Program-made: the position numbers and the translations under genes
Notes under the pieces: model-generated
Database searches by the model: none
The model's input: the letters and a program-made list of their open reading frames with translations, nothing else
Told to the model about the DNA's origin: nothing
Shown here: positions 47,135 to 56,183 of the stretch, piece after piece
Layout of the letters: each line of letters begins with the position of its first letter
Position numbering within the stretch: the stretch's first letter is position 1
NCBI GenBank assembly: GCA_002711415.1
Contig: PARI01000036.1
Span: forward strand, 42,870-106,869
Reading direction: 5' to 3'
Origin: Phycisphaerae bacterium
Lineage (GTDB): Bacteria; Planctomycetota; Phycisphaerae; Phycisphaerales; SM1A02
Length of the DNA stretch: 64,000 bases

Positions 47135-47959
47135 ATGAACACGAGCAACTTGCACAAGATGACCATCACCATGCTGGCCCTCGCGACGGCCCTCCCACTG
47201 GCAGCGGCAACCGCACCAGGACCGCAGGCCAAGCAGGAGGAGCAGCCCAAGACAACGGCCCTTCCGGACGGGCTCGAGGTGATGAAAAAGAGCATCGAGG
47301 CATCCGGTGGCGCCGCCGTCCTGGAGAAGCATGAATCCACGATGCTCACCGGCACGCTGGCGATCCCGGCTGCAGGCATCATGAATGCAGAACTGAAGGT
47401 CTGCGCGAAAGCCCCCGACATGTTCTACACGGAGATGACGCTGCCAGGCCTGGGCAAGTTCCTCAAGGGCTACGACGGCAAGGTCGGCTGGAGTATCGAC
47501 CCGGTGCAGGGCGCCCGGCTGATCGAAGGCAAGGAACTCGTGGAACTGCAGTTCGAGGCGAACTACTTCAAGGACCTCTATCCGGAGAAGACCTACTCGT
47601 CCGTCAAGAACCTGGGCGTCAAGAACCTCGATGGCACGTCGTGCTACATGCTCGAGATGACCCGGAAGGTCGGGGGGACGATCTACGGCTGGTTCGACAC
47701 CACCAAGTTCCACCCCGTCCAGATCAAGACCCCGAACGTCACGGAGCAGGGAGAGTTCACAGCTTTGACGACGTTGTCAGACTGGAAGACGGTCGATGGC
47801 CAGACGATGCCGATGAAGCTCGACAGCGAGGCCATGGGCATGAAGCAGGTGGTCCAGTTCAAGGATGTGACCTTCAACAAGGTCGAGAAGTCCGTCTTCG
47901 ACCTTCCGGCTGCGATCAAGGTGATGGTCGATGCCAAGAAGGACAAGGCCAAGGACTGA
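47135..47959 (+). CDS. hypothetical secreted protein (LolA-like beta-fold suspected)
   Basis: Signal MTITMLALATALPLAAATA. Beta-rich sequence with a Lys-rich C-terminus. Lies immediately upstream of the ABC-2 exporter genes. Confidence 0.6.
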   Translation: MNTSNLHKMTITMLALATALPLAAATAPGPQAKQEEQPKTTALPDGLEVMKKSIEASGGAAVLEKHESTMLTGTLAIPAAGIMNAELKVCAKAPDMFYTEMTLPGLGKFLKGYDGKVGWSIDPVQGARLIEGKELVELQFEANYFKDLYPEKTYSSVKNLGVKNLDGTSCYMLEMTRKVGGTIYGWFDTTKFHPVQIKTPNVTEQGEFTALTTLSDWKTVDGQTMPMKLDSEAMGMKQVVQFKDVTFNKVEKSVFDLPAAIKVMVDAKKDKAKD

Positions 47960-47996
47960 ACGTGCAGGACCCATCCGAAGCGAACCGAAGGTGCCC

Positions 47997-48977
47997 ATGA
48001 CCCAGATCAGTGCCGAACCGCAACCGGCGATCAGGCTCGAGGGTGTCTGCAAGAGCTACGGGCAGACCCATGCGGTCGACCAGCTCGACCTGGTCGTGCC
48101 CAGGGGAAGCCTGTGCGGATTCCTCGGCCCCAACGGGGCGGGCAAGAGCACCACGATCAGGATGATCATGTCGATCATCTACCCGGACCGGGGCTCGCTC
48201 CAGGTGCTGGGAGGAACGGCGCTGTCGAGGAAGGATCGGATCGGCTACCTGCCGGAGGAACGAGGCCTCTATCGAAAGATGAAGGTGGTCGAGTTCCTCC
48301 AGTACATCGGGAAGCTCAAGGGATGCCCCAGGAACACGCTCAGGCCGTGCATCGACCAGTGGCTCCAGCGGATCCAGCTGCAGGAGGTCGCACAGAAGAA
48401 GTGCGAGGAACTGTCCAAGGGCATGCAGCAGAAGATCCAGTTCCTCGCAGCCGTGCTGCATGACCCGGAACTGATCATCCTCGATGAGCCGTTTTCCGGA
48501 CTGGATCCGGTCAACGCGGCACTGCTGAACACGATCATCAAGGATCTGCATGCAGAGGGTCGGACGATCATCTTCTCGACCCATGTGCTCGAGCAGGCCG
48601 AGCAGCTGTGCGATCGCATCTTCCTGATCAACAAGGGGCACAAGCTGCTGGATGCGTCTATGGAACACATCCAGCAGCAGTTCGACCCGCGCATGATCCA
48701 CCTTGAACTGCTGGACCCGGACTCAAGGCCCCAGGTGCTCGAGTCGATCTCCTGCACCACTGACGTGATGGATGCACAGGCGATTGATGCGGCCGGAATC
48801 GAGTTCCGGATTGATGACCGATGCGATCCGTTCGTGCTGATGCGTGAACTGGTCAACCAGCATGATCTGCGCTCGATCGAGTTGAAGAAGTTCTCCCTTT
48901 CGGAGGTCTTCGTACAACTGGTGGCACCGGGATCCGGAATCAACCTGCCAACCCGGGAGAACGTCGATGCCTCGTGA
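47997..48977 (+). CDS. ABC transporter ATP-binding protein (ABC-2/NatA-like)
   Basis: Walker A GPNGAGKST, signature LSKGMQQK, Walker B LIILDEP. Confidence 0.9.
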   Translation: MTQISAEPQPAIRLEGVCKSYGQTHAVDQLDLVVPRGSLCGFLGPNGAGKSTTIRMIMSIIYPDRGSLQVLGGTALSRKDRIGYLPEERGLYRKMKVVEFLQYIGKLKGCPRNTLRPCIDQWLQRIQLQEVAQKKCEELSKGMQQKIQFLAAVLHDPELIILDEPFSGLDPVNAALLNTIIKDLHAEGRTIIFSTHVLEQAEQLCDRIFLINKGHKLLDASMEHIQQQFDPRMIHLELLDPDSRPQVLESISCTTDVMDAQAIDAAGIEFRIDDRCDPFVLMRELVNQHDLRSIELKKFSLSEVFVQLVAPGSGINLPTRENVDAS

Positions 48978-50313
48978 TCGAAGGCCGAAGATCCTGGTGG
49001 TCGCCTGGAGGGAGTTCAAGTACACCGCCTTGACCAAGGCATTCTTCATCGGTGCGATCCTGGCCCCGATGCTGATGCTGGCGTTGATCACGATCATGCC
49101 GGCATTGCTGAACACCGAGCTCAAGCCGTTGTCCGGCGCGATCGGCGTCATCGATCCAAGCGGCAAGATCGTGCCGGAGCTGCGACAGGAACTGGACTCG
49201 GAGCAGAAGCAGAAGACCGAATCCGCCCTGCCCGATCTCTCCACGTTCGATCCGGTCGCCAGGGGCATGACCGGCGCGGGCGACCAGGCTCAGACCATCG
49301 ACCTTGAGATCCGGTCGAGCCGGGACGCCGATCAACTTCAACTGTTCAAGGGCGAGGTCAGGGACGGAACGCTCGTCGCTGCGGTCCTGGTCGATCCCGG
49401 CGCACTGGCCGAATCCAGCAACGATGATGATGGTTTCAAACTCTTCATTCCCGGGGACTCGGCTCCCCGGCACACGCTGTTCATCGAGCAGGCGGTCAAG
49501 CAGGCGATCATCCGTGCACGGGTCTCTTCCAGCGGCGACGACTACAAGGCGATGAAGCAACTGCTCAGGAGTCCGGACTCCTCGGTGCTGAGGCTGTCCG
49601 ATGCCGGTGGGCAGTCCACCGAGAGCATCGCGGCCCGGATGTTCATACCACTGGGGTTCATGATGCTCCTGTGGATCAGCACGTTCACCAGCGGCAACTA
49701 CCTGCTGACATCGACGATCGAGGAGAAGTCCAACCGCGTGATGGAGGTCCTACTCAGCGCGGTCAGCCCGATGCAGTTGATGACCGGGAAGATCCTCGGG
49801 CAGGGACTGGTCTGCCTGATCATGACGCTGATGTACGGGGGCATGGGCCTGGCAGGCCTCCTGGCGCTGGCGATGTTCGACCTGGTCCCGGTGCTGCACC
49901 TGGTGTACATGGCGATCTACCTGGTCATGGCGTACTTCATGATCGGCACGATCATGGCGGCCGTCGGCAGTGCGGTCAGTGATCTCCGGGATGCACAGAG
50001 CCTGATCACCCCGGCGATGATCCTCCTGATGATCCCGCTGTTCCTGTGGTTCCCCATCAGCGAGAACCCCAACGGGATCCTCGCGACGACGACCAGCTAC
50101 ATTCCGCCACTGATCCCCTTCGTGATGATCCTCCGTGTGACCGCGTCAGCCGAACCGGTCGCCACCTGGCAGGTCATCAGCAGCATGATCGCCGGCGGAT
50201 TCTGGGTTCTGGTCATGCTCTGGATGTGCGGCAGGATCTTCAGGGTCGGCGTGCTCATGCAGGGCAAGCCGCCTTCGCCGCTGGAACTGCTGAAATGGAT
50301 CCGATACTCCTGA
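48967..50313 (+). CDS. ABC-2 family transporter permease (NatB-like, large extracytoplasmic loop)
   Basis: 11-nt overlap with the ATPase gene. One N-terminal TM, a ~190-aa loop, then a cluster of 5-6 TMs. Confidence 0.85.
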   Translation: MPRDRRPKILVVAWREFKYTALTKAFFIGAILAPMLMLALITIMPALLNTELKPLSGAIGVIDPSGKIVPELRQELDSEQKQKTESALPDLSTFDPVARGMTGAGDQAQTIDLEIRSSRDADQLQLFKGEVRDGTLVAAVLVDPGALAESSNDDDGFKLFIPGDSAPRHTLFIEQAVKQAIIRARVSSSGDDYKAMKQLLRSPDSSVLRLSDAGGQSTESIAARMFIPLGFMMLLWISTFTSGNYLLTSTIEEKSNRVMEVLLSAVSPMQLMTGKILGQGLVCLIMTLMYGGMGLAGLLALAMFDLVPVLHLVYMAIYLVMAYFMIGTIMAAVGSAVSDLRDAQSLITPAMILLMIPLFLWFPISENPNGILATTTSYIPPLIPFVMILRVTASAEPVATWQVISSMIAGGFWVLVMLWMCGRIFRVGVLMQGKPPSPLELLKWIRYS

Positions 50314-50822
50314 GCGACTGGCCTTGGAACGGCCGGAGAGGAGTCTGACGACACGGGACCCCATCGGGAGGGAACCATCATTGGATGGTTCCGGCACGAG
50401 CCTCGGGCACGCACCCGCTCGGCCGATTGACTTGAACCCCTGTAGCACGGGGGCTCGTGTTCCGACATTCCCGACCTTCCACTCCGGATGAACAGTGAGG
50501 CATGATCTTCGACGCGGACTGACGATCCCAAGGGGTTTCGCAACGGTTCAAGCACTTGAAATCTGTCGCTTGCGATCCCGATCGGGGTCCTGTGTCGTAC
50601 CCGTGCAGTCTACACCCACTTCGAGGATGATCCACTGTTCCGCGAAATTCAGTTGATGTTGATGGGAAACCGGATTGCGGACCGGTTCCCGGGAGCACCG
50701 GGGATGGGAACGACCGACCGATGTCCCGATCCCGCCGAGAAACCTCCTGAACCGCACTCATGGGTCACCAAGGGTGATTTTGACCTTGCCAGCCAAGCGT
50801 CCCTCGAACGATTCACCCATGG

Positions 50823-50837
50823 TGGTATACTGCCCCG
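50823..50837 (+). promoter_or_regulatory. extended -10-like box TGgTATACT + GCCCCG upstream of rpsA
   Basis: tggTATACTgccccg lies about 100 nt upstream of ATG 50939. It shares ACTGCCCCG with the box at 29332-29346. Confidence 0.3.
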
Positions 50838-50938
50838 TTCCGCATCAGCGGACCGGCAAATCGACACGGTGTCGAGACCGGAACGACAACATGAATCAGC
50901 TCGGGCACGGTGCCCGGGTGGTGGAAACAAGCAACACA

Positions 50939-52702
50939 ATGGTGAATCACAACTTGATTGAGGAGCTCGGCCAGGAACTTGATACGGCCGAACAGATGCT
51001 CCGAGAAGCCTTCGGCGACGACGTTGCCGGAGGGAACATGGACAGCCTTCTCGAAGGCGACATCAGCAAATTCAAGCCGGGCAGCATCCTGAAGGGCCGA
51101 GTCGTCGGCCTCGCAGGCGATGACGTCGTCATCGAGGTCGGACTCAAGTCCGAGGGCCTGGTCAACAAGAACGAGTTCGAGGACGTCACCGCGCTGAACG
51201 CCGGCGACGAGGTCGAGGTGCTCCTGGAATCGCTCGAGGATTCCTCAGGCAGCATCATCCTCTCCAAGAGGAAGGCCGATCGAATCCGTGGATGGGAAGA
51301 GATTCTCAAGACACGCAAGGAAGGCGACACCATCAAGGGTCGCTGCACCAGGAAGATCAAGGGTGGACTGCTCGTCGACATCGGCGTGCCCGTGTTCCTG
51401 CCCGCTTCCCAGGTGGACATCCGGAGGCCGAGCGACATCGGCGAATTCATCGGCGAGATGGTCGAGGCCGTCATCCTCAAGATCGATGAGGAACGACGCA
51501 ACATCGTCATCAGCCGTCGCAAGCTGATCGAGGAGAAGCGAGAAGCCGCCAAGAAGAACCTGCTGACCTCGGTGACCGAGGGCGACCTGATCAAGGGTCG
51601 GGTGACCAACCTGGCGGACTTCGGTGCGTTCATCGACCTCGGTGGCATCGACGGGCTCCTCCACATCACCGACATGAGCTGGGGTCGCATCAGCCACCCG
51701 AGCGAGATGGTCAAGATCGGCGAGGAAGTCGAGGTCAAGATCCTCAACATCGACATGGACAAGGAGAAGATCGCCCTCGGACTGAAGCAGAAGGAAGCTT
51801 CGCCGTGGGAGGAGATCGAGAACAAGTACCCGGTCGGCTGCAGGATCAGCGGCGAGGTGGTCAACCTCATGTCGTACGGCGCGTTCGTCAAGCTTGCCGA
51901 GGGCATCGAGGGTCTCGTCCACATCTCGGAGATGAGCGGGACCAGGCGCATCAACCACCCGAGCGAGTGCGTGAGCGTGGGCGAAGAGGTCGAGGTCGTC
52001 GTCCTGGACATCAACAAGGACAAGCTCGAGATCTCCCTCGGCATGAAGCAGACGGAGGTCAACCCCTGGGAGCTGGTCGCGGAGAAGTATCCTCCGGGGA
52101 CCATCGTCGAGGGCAAGGTCCGCAACCTCGCCAACTATGGCGCGTTCATCGAGATCGAGCCGGGCATCGACGGTCTGCTGCATGTCAGCGACATCAGCTG
52201 GACTAAGAAGATCGCTCACCCGAACGAGATCTTCCAGAAGGGCGATCCCGTCAAGTGCGTGGTCATCGAGGTGGACCAGGAGAAGCAGCGCGTCGGCCTC
52301 GGCCTGAAGCAGCTGACCGAGGATCCGTGGGTCGAGGCGATTCCGAGCGCCTACCGCCCGGGCATGATCGTCAAGGGCATGATCACGAAGATCACCAACT
52401 TCGGCGTGTTCGTGGAACTGGAGGAAGGACTGGAAGGTCTGCTGCACATCTCAGAGCTCTCGGACGAGAAGGTCGAGAACCCGCAGGATGTCGTCAAGGC
52501 CGGACAGGAAGTCGACGTCAAGATCCTTCGCGTCGACACGGACGATCGCAAGATCGGTCTCAGCCTCAAGCGAGCCCAGTGGTCCGAGGACCAGGAGGCC
52601 CAGCACGCTGCGGAGCATGGATCCATCGAGGATGAGGTCGCCCCGGATCGTGGCGGCATGGACGACCATGGTTCCATGGGATCGGACAAGATCCAACTCT
52701 AG
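50939..52702 (+). CDS. rpsA: 30S ribosomal protein S1
   Basis: Six S1/OB repeats (GSILKGRVVG.., GDTIKGRCTRKIKGG.., GDLIKGRVTNLADFGAFIDL.., etc). Start at MVNHNLIEE; the upstream part of ORF 50675.. is not S1-like. Confidence 0.95.
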   Translation: MVNHNLIEELGQELDTAEQMLREAFGDDVAGGNMDSLLEGDISKFKPGSILKGRVVGLAGDDVVIEVGLKSEGLVNKNEFEDVTALNAGDEVEVLLESLEDSSGSIILSKRKADRIRGWEEILKTRKEGDTIKGRCTRKIKGGLLVDIGVPVFLPASQVDIRRPSDIGEFIGEMVEAVILKIDEERRNIVISRRKLIEEKREAAKKNLLTSVTEGDLIKGRVTNLADFGAFIDLGGIDGLLHITDMSWGRISHPSEMVKIGEEVEVKILNIDMDKEKIALGLKQKEASPWEEIENKYPVGCRISGEVVNLMSYGAFVKLAEGIEGLVHISEMSGTRRINHPSECVSVGEEVEVVVLDINKDKLEISLGMKQTEVNPWELVAEKYPPGTIVEGKVRNLANYGAFIEIEPGIDGLLHVSDISWTKKIAHPNEIFQKGDPVKCVVIEVDQEKQRVGLGLKQLTEDPWVEAIPSAYRPGMIVKGMITKITNFGVFVELEEGLEGLLHISELSDEKVENPQDVVKAGQEVDVKILRVDTDDRKIGLSLKRAQWSEDQEAQHAAEHGSIEDEVAPDRGGMDDHGSMGSDKIQL

Positions 52703-52728
52703 GAACCGCAGGCATGGCAACGAACCAG

Positions 52729-52753
52729 GGGAGCCCCAACGGGCTCCCTTTTT
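52729..52753 (+). terminator. intrinsic terminator of rpsA
   Basis: gggagccc-caac-gggctccc followed by tttttcatt. Confidence 0.75.
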
Positions 52754-52762
52754 CATTGAAAC

Positions 52763-52796
52763 AACGCGACCCGTGGCGTGTACCACGGGTCGCGTT
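52763..52796. terminator. second perfect 14-bp hairpin (tandem/bidirectional terminator)
   Basis: aacgcgacccgtgg-cgtgta-ccacgggtcgcgtt. Confidence 0.5.
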
Positions 52797-52868
52797 CTTC
52801 CCCTTGGGGGCCGTCAGGCCCCGACTCCCTCCCGAGGAGCATGTCTGTTTCGTCCTCTGCCGATTCGT

Positions 52869-52958
52869 TCAGCAGAGTGCGATGAAGGTCAACAACGTGA
52901 ACATCAGGATCCGATGTCGGTTGTTGCGTAGATCAATGAAATCGGTCATGACGACCAT
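52869..52958 (-). CDS. candidate 29-aa small membrane peptide
   Basis: Hand translation: MVVMTDFIDLRNNRHRILMFTLLTFIALC. GGAGAG lies 7 nt upstream. Hairpins at 52807-52822 and 52763-52796 lie downstream on this strand. Too short to judge by composition. Confidence 0.25.
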   Translation of the reverse strand: MVVMTDFIDLRNNRHRILMFTLLTFIALC

Positions 52959-53084
52959 GAATATCTCTCCGATCTTCGATTGCCTGCACGGTTGTGCTTG
53001 AGCCACCCGTGTATGATCAATGCCTGTGCCAAAACCATCGCACCGAAGACCCCCCCTTTTTCGGGCCTATGGAGGCTTGTTCGC

Positions 53085-54920
53085 ATGACCATGAAGACCG
53101 CACAGATGGAACCGTGGTTCCAGATCAACATGAGATGTTGCCTCAGGGCAACAATGTTGTGCTTGATGATCATGCTCATCACCGGGATGCCCCTGATTGC
53201 CGACCCGTCGCCGCAGGTCCATGAGGACGACCAGCCGGACATCGGGGACGCCGTCGGAGCGTTCCTGGAGGCCAGGAACTGGCTTGACCGGGAGCGGATG
53301 CCCAAGCCGGGTGAGCCGGAATCGGCCGTCCGGATCAGGGGGGCCGTCGCGTGCGCGGTCGTGCTGCGGACCAACGGTCGGGTCGTCGGAGTGGCGATGG
53401 ACGACTCTGGTGACCAGTTCATGCTCAGGCGGGCGGTGGGCCGCGCCTTCTCGGATGCCCTCGGGGATCAGGCGATATCGAGCCTGCCGGATTCGATCCG
53501 GAATACGATCGGGACCCGGCTCAGCCTCGAGTTGGAATGTGCCGGCGCTGCCGAACCCATCGTCGGAAGATCCTGGGACGAGCTGGCCTCGAGGCTGCGA
53601 CCCGGTATCGATGGCATGGCCACGAGAGTCGATGATCGATTCAACTTCAGCTTCCCATCGATCATGCAGGTGACCAACACGACCGGCCACTCCGCCTCCA
53701 GCTTCCTGAAGCTCGCAACGGAGTCGGGCATGGAGAAGTCGACCCCGGAGCAGTACAGGAACAGGATCGGCATGGGCTTCTACCGCGTGCCGATGCTCAG
53801 GCTGGTCCAGGAATCCCCGAAGGCCCTGCCGGTCGAGACGATCCGGGGCGACCTGGTCGCTCCACCGGTCGAACTGTCACGTGAACACCTGGAACAACGG
53901 GCACTCATGATGATCCAGCACCTGTCCAACCGGATCGTCGCCGGTGATGACGAGGGAATCGCCCGTGAGGTCGGTTCCATCGGCCTTCTGCACGAGTACC
54001 TTCCGCATGCGGACAGCTATCGCGACCTGGTCGCTCCCCCGGCCGAGCAGGCGATGGCCGTACTTGCGCTGCACCGGATCGCCTCGGATCCCGGCTGCTC
54101 CGAATCGCTGTCCGCCGCGGCGACCGGACTTTCGGACAGGATCCTCGTCGCGATGGCCGAGGTCGGAACGCTGGAAGAGGATCCGATGGAGGACCCGATG
54201 TGCATCAGCCTGCTTGTCATGGCCGCGGCCGAGAAGGTCGAGCCGCTGTCGCCGCGTTCCAGCAAGCTGCTGGACGAAGCGGTCGCGACACTGCCACTGA
54301 CCTGGCTGGAACATCGTGACACGAGGGGAACTCAACCGTACATGGATGCGGTGATCGGTGCCGCGGCATCCACCGGCATGGCCGATGGCCTCGATGATGA
54401 GGGGAGCCGCCAGGTGTTGAACCAGACCTGGCGGATGCATTCGGATGATCCTCAGTTCTGGCGCATCCTGCCCTGGCTGATCCATGCGGATATCTCGACA
54501 TCGATGGAGACTCCCGGCATGGACCGGGACGTGATGATCGTCGCCGCCAATGATCGCTTGATCCGGATGCAGGTCCAGGAGGATCCGAACAACCCGGACA
54601 TGGAGGGCAGCTTCAAGCTGGATCCTGGTGCCGGAGCGATGTCCTTCAGCCTGCTTCCGATGATCTCGATCGCCCTGGAAGCACAGCACCAGGATGATCC
54701 GGCACGACGGCGGGTCTTGTTGGACAGCCTCGGTCACGGACTCCGTTTCACGGACCAGTTGATGATCCGACCGGCCAATCAGCACCGGTATCGCAACATT
54801 GCACGGTCGGTTGGTGGAATCCGGAAGGCCTGCTGGGATTCGAACCAGCCGTTGATGGCCACGGTGCTCGGCCTGATGTTCGTCGGCGAAACCGGTCGAT
54901 GCCTCGACCGAGAACGATGA
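53085..54920 (+). CDS. hypothetical secreted protein (N-terminal AMMECR1-like segment suspected, helical repeat C-terminal part)
   Basis: GGAGG lies 9 nt before ATG 53085. Signal-like MRCCLRATMLCLMIMLITGMPLIA. No confident family assignment. Confidence 0.65.
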   Translation: MTMKTAQMEPWFQINMRCCLRATMLCLMIMLITGMPLIADPSPQVHEDDQPDIGDAVGAFLEARNWLDRERMPKPGEPESAVRIRGAVACAVVLRTNGRVVGVAMDDSGDQFMLRRAVGRAFSDALGDQAISSLPDSIRNTIGTRLSLELECAGAAEPIVGRSWDELASRLRPGIDGMATRVDDRFNFSFPSIMQVTNTTGHSASSFLKLATESGMEKSTPEQYRNRIGMGFYRVPMLRLVQESPKALPVETIRGDLVAPPVELSREHLEQRALMMIQHLSNRIVAGDDEGIAREVGSIGLLHEYLPHADSYRDLVAPPAEQAMAVLALHRIASDPGCSESLSAAATGLSDRILVAMAEVGTLEEDPMEDPMCISLLVMAAAEKVEPLSPRSSKLLDEAVATLPLTWLEHRDTRGTQPYMDAVIGAAASTGMADGLDDEGSRQVLNQTWRMHSDDPQFWRILPWLIHADISTSMETPGMDRDVMIVAANDRLIRMQVQEDPNNPDMEGSFKLDPGAGAMSFSLLPMISIALEAQHQDDPARRRVLLDSLGHGLRFTDQLMIRPANQHRYRNIARSVGGIRKACWDSNQPLMATVLGLMFVGETGRCLDRER

Positions 54921-55076
54921 CCCCTGTCGTAATGACCGCGCCAGGCGTCCCTGATCGCCTTGAAAAGCCGGTTTGAACCCACCGAATCGGAAACCTCGCA
55001 GCCGCGAGGGGATCGGTGTCGAATATACTGACATGAGCACCCCGGACGCCCTGGTGTGCTCGAAGGGATACAGATC

Positions 55077-56099
55077 ATGCACAAGCCGACCGTGATGACG
55101 ACATTCGTGGCGATGCTCCTGGCGCCATTGACCATGGTGACGACGAGCAACGCCCAGGGCCTGTCCGAGAGGATCCAAGCGGTGGCCAAGCAACGCCAGG
55201 CCGCCCGGAAGAACGACACCTCCAAGGCCTCGATGCTGGGCGCATTGATCTACACCGATCTCAGCGTCGACTTCGATGAGACTGCGGCCAAGGACGTCTT
55301 CAGCTACCTCCGCAAGGCGCTGGGGATCAATCTGGTGGTGCGCTACGACACGGACAAGGGGGGCCTGCGCATCGATCCGGACACCCCCATCACGATGAAG
55401 GTCCAGAACCAACCAGCCCTGACGATCATCGAGATGATTCTCGAACAGTGCGGTGATCTGGATCCATGCACATGGCAGCTTCGAAACGGGTTCGTCGAGA
55501 TCGGCACCAAGGAACGCCTGAGCCTTCCAAGTGCACAGGAGCTGCGGATGTACCCGGTTCGAGACCTGATGTTCGAAGTGCCATACTTCGACAACGCGCC
55601 CGACTTCAGCCTCCAGGGCTCGATCAGCCAGGGTGGTGGTGGCGGTGGTTCCGGAGGTGGCAGTGGCGGCGGCGGCGGCGGCTTCGGGGGCGGCGGTGGT
55701 GGTGGCTTCGGCGGTGGCGGCTCCGGCGGCGGCGGTTCCGGCGGCGGCGGCGGCGGCTTCCTCGGGGATCCGGGTGAGGCCCCGGAACGAATGTCCGAGG
55801 AGGAGAAGGCCCAGCAGTTGGTCGACCTGATCCAGGAAACCATCGAGCCGGATGCCTGGCGCGACCTTGGAGGTGACTGGGCGAGCATGCGGTACTACCA
55901 GGGCGTGCTGATCATCCGGGCACCGGACTGGATCCACCGCCAGATCGACGGCTATCCGTTCGCTCCTCGGCGATCGGCGAGCATGTCGGCTCGTGGCGGC
56001 CGATACGTGACATTCACGGCACCGATCTCGATCGTCGAGAACGTGGAGTTCAAGCCTGCAACGGTCCAGGGTGGAGCCGGTGGAGCCACGGCCCCCTGA
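55077..56099 (+). CDS. secreted protein with secretin-N/STN-like modules split by a 43-residue Gly/Ser/Phe tract
   Basis: Signal MHKPTVMTTFVAMLLAPLTMVTTSNAQG. Segments such as DVFSYLRKALGINLVVRY, RMYPVRDL and LVDLIQETIEPDAWRDLGG..GVLIIRAPDWIHRQI resemble planctomycete secretin N-terminal-like repeats. Confidence 0.7.
   Translation: MHKPTVMTTFVAMLLAPLTMVTTSNAQGLSERIQAVAKQRQAARKNDTSKASMLGALIYTDLSVDFDETAAKDVFSYLRKALGINLVVRYDTDKGGLRIDPDTPITMKVQNQPALTIIEMILEQCGDLDPCTWQLRNGFVEIGTKERLSLPSAQELRMYPVRDLMFEVPYFDNAPDFSLQGSISQGGGGGGSGGGSGGGGGGFGGGGGGGFGGGGSGGGGSGGGGGGFLGDPGEAPERMSEEEKAQQLVDLIQETIEPDAWRDLGGDWASMRYYQGVLIIRAPDWIHRQIDGYPFAPRRSASMSARGGRYVTFTAPISIVENVEFKPATVQGGAGGATAP
55632..55760 (+). repeat. 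in-frame (GGN)n low-complexity repeat encoding GGGGGGSGGGSGGGGGGFGGGGGGGFGGGGSGGGGSGGGGGGF
   Basis: Read directly from the sequence. Confidence 0.9.
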
Positions 56100-56183
56100 C
56101 AATAATGATGCACACGTGATCAACCCCCGTCATGACAGCCATGGCGGGGGTTGTACTTGCCGCAACCGGTGCATGGATGGAAG

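Noticed and set aside
50314-50938. Known housekeeping ncRNAs (tmRNA, RNase P RNA, SRP RNA, 6S) in the gap upstream of rpsA
   Set aside because: I could not find the conserved boxes: the RNase P GAGGAAAGTCC / ACAGAA motifs, a tmRNA tRNA-like end with tag ORF, or the SRP domain IV GGAA/AGCA motif. 6S cannot be excluded by eye, so the gap is reported as a finding rather than a feature.
53877-56123. 748-aa ORF on the minus strand, the longest unexplained ORF in the track
   Set aside because: It runs antisense across two well-supported plus-strand genes and their intergenic gap. The translation is Arg/Ala/Gly/Pro-rich with runs such as AAAAAGTAAAGAATAEATTTAAPEAAAAAATATSG, which mirror the plus-strand Gly codon repeat. 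This is a typical shadow ORF of a high-GC genome.
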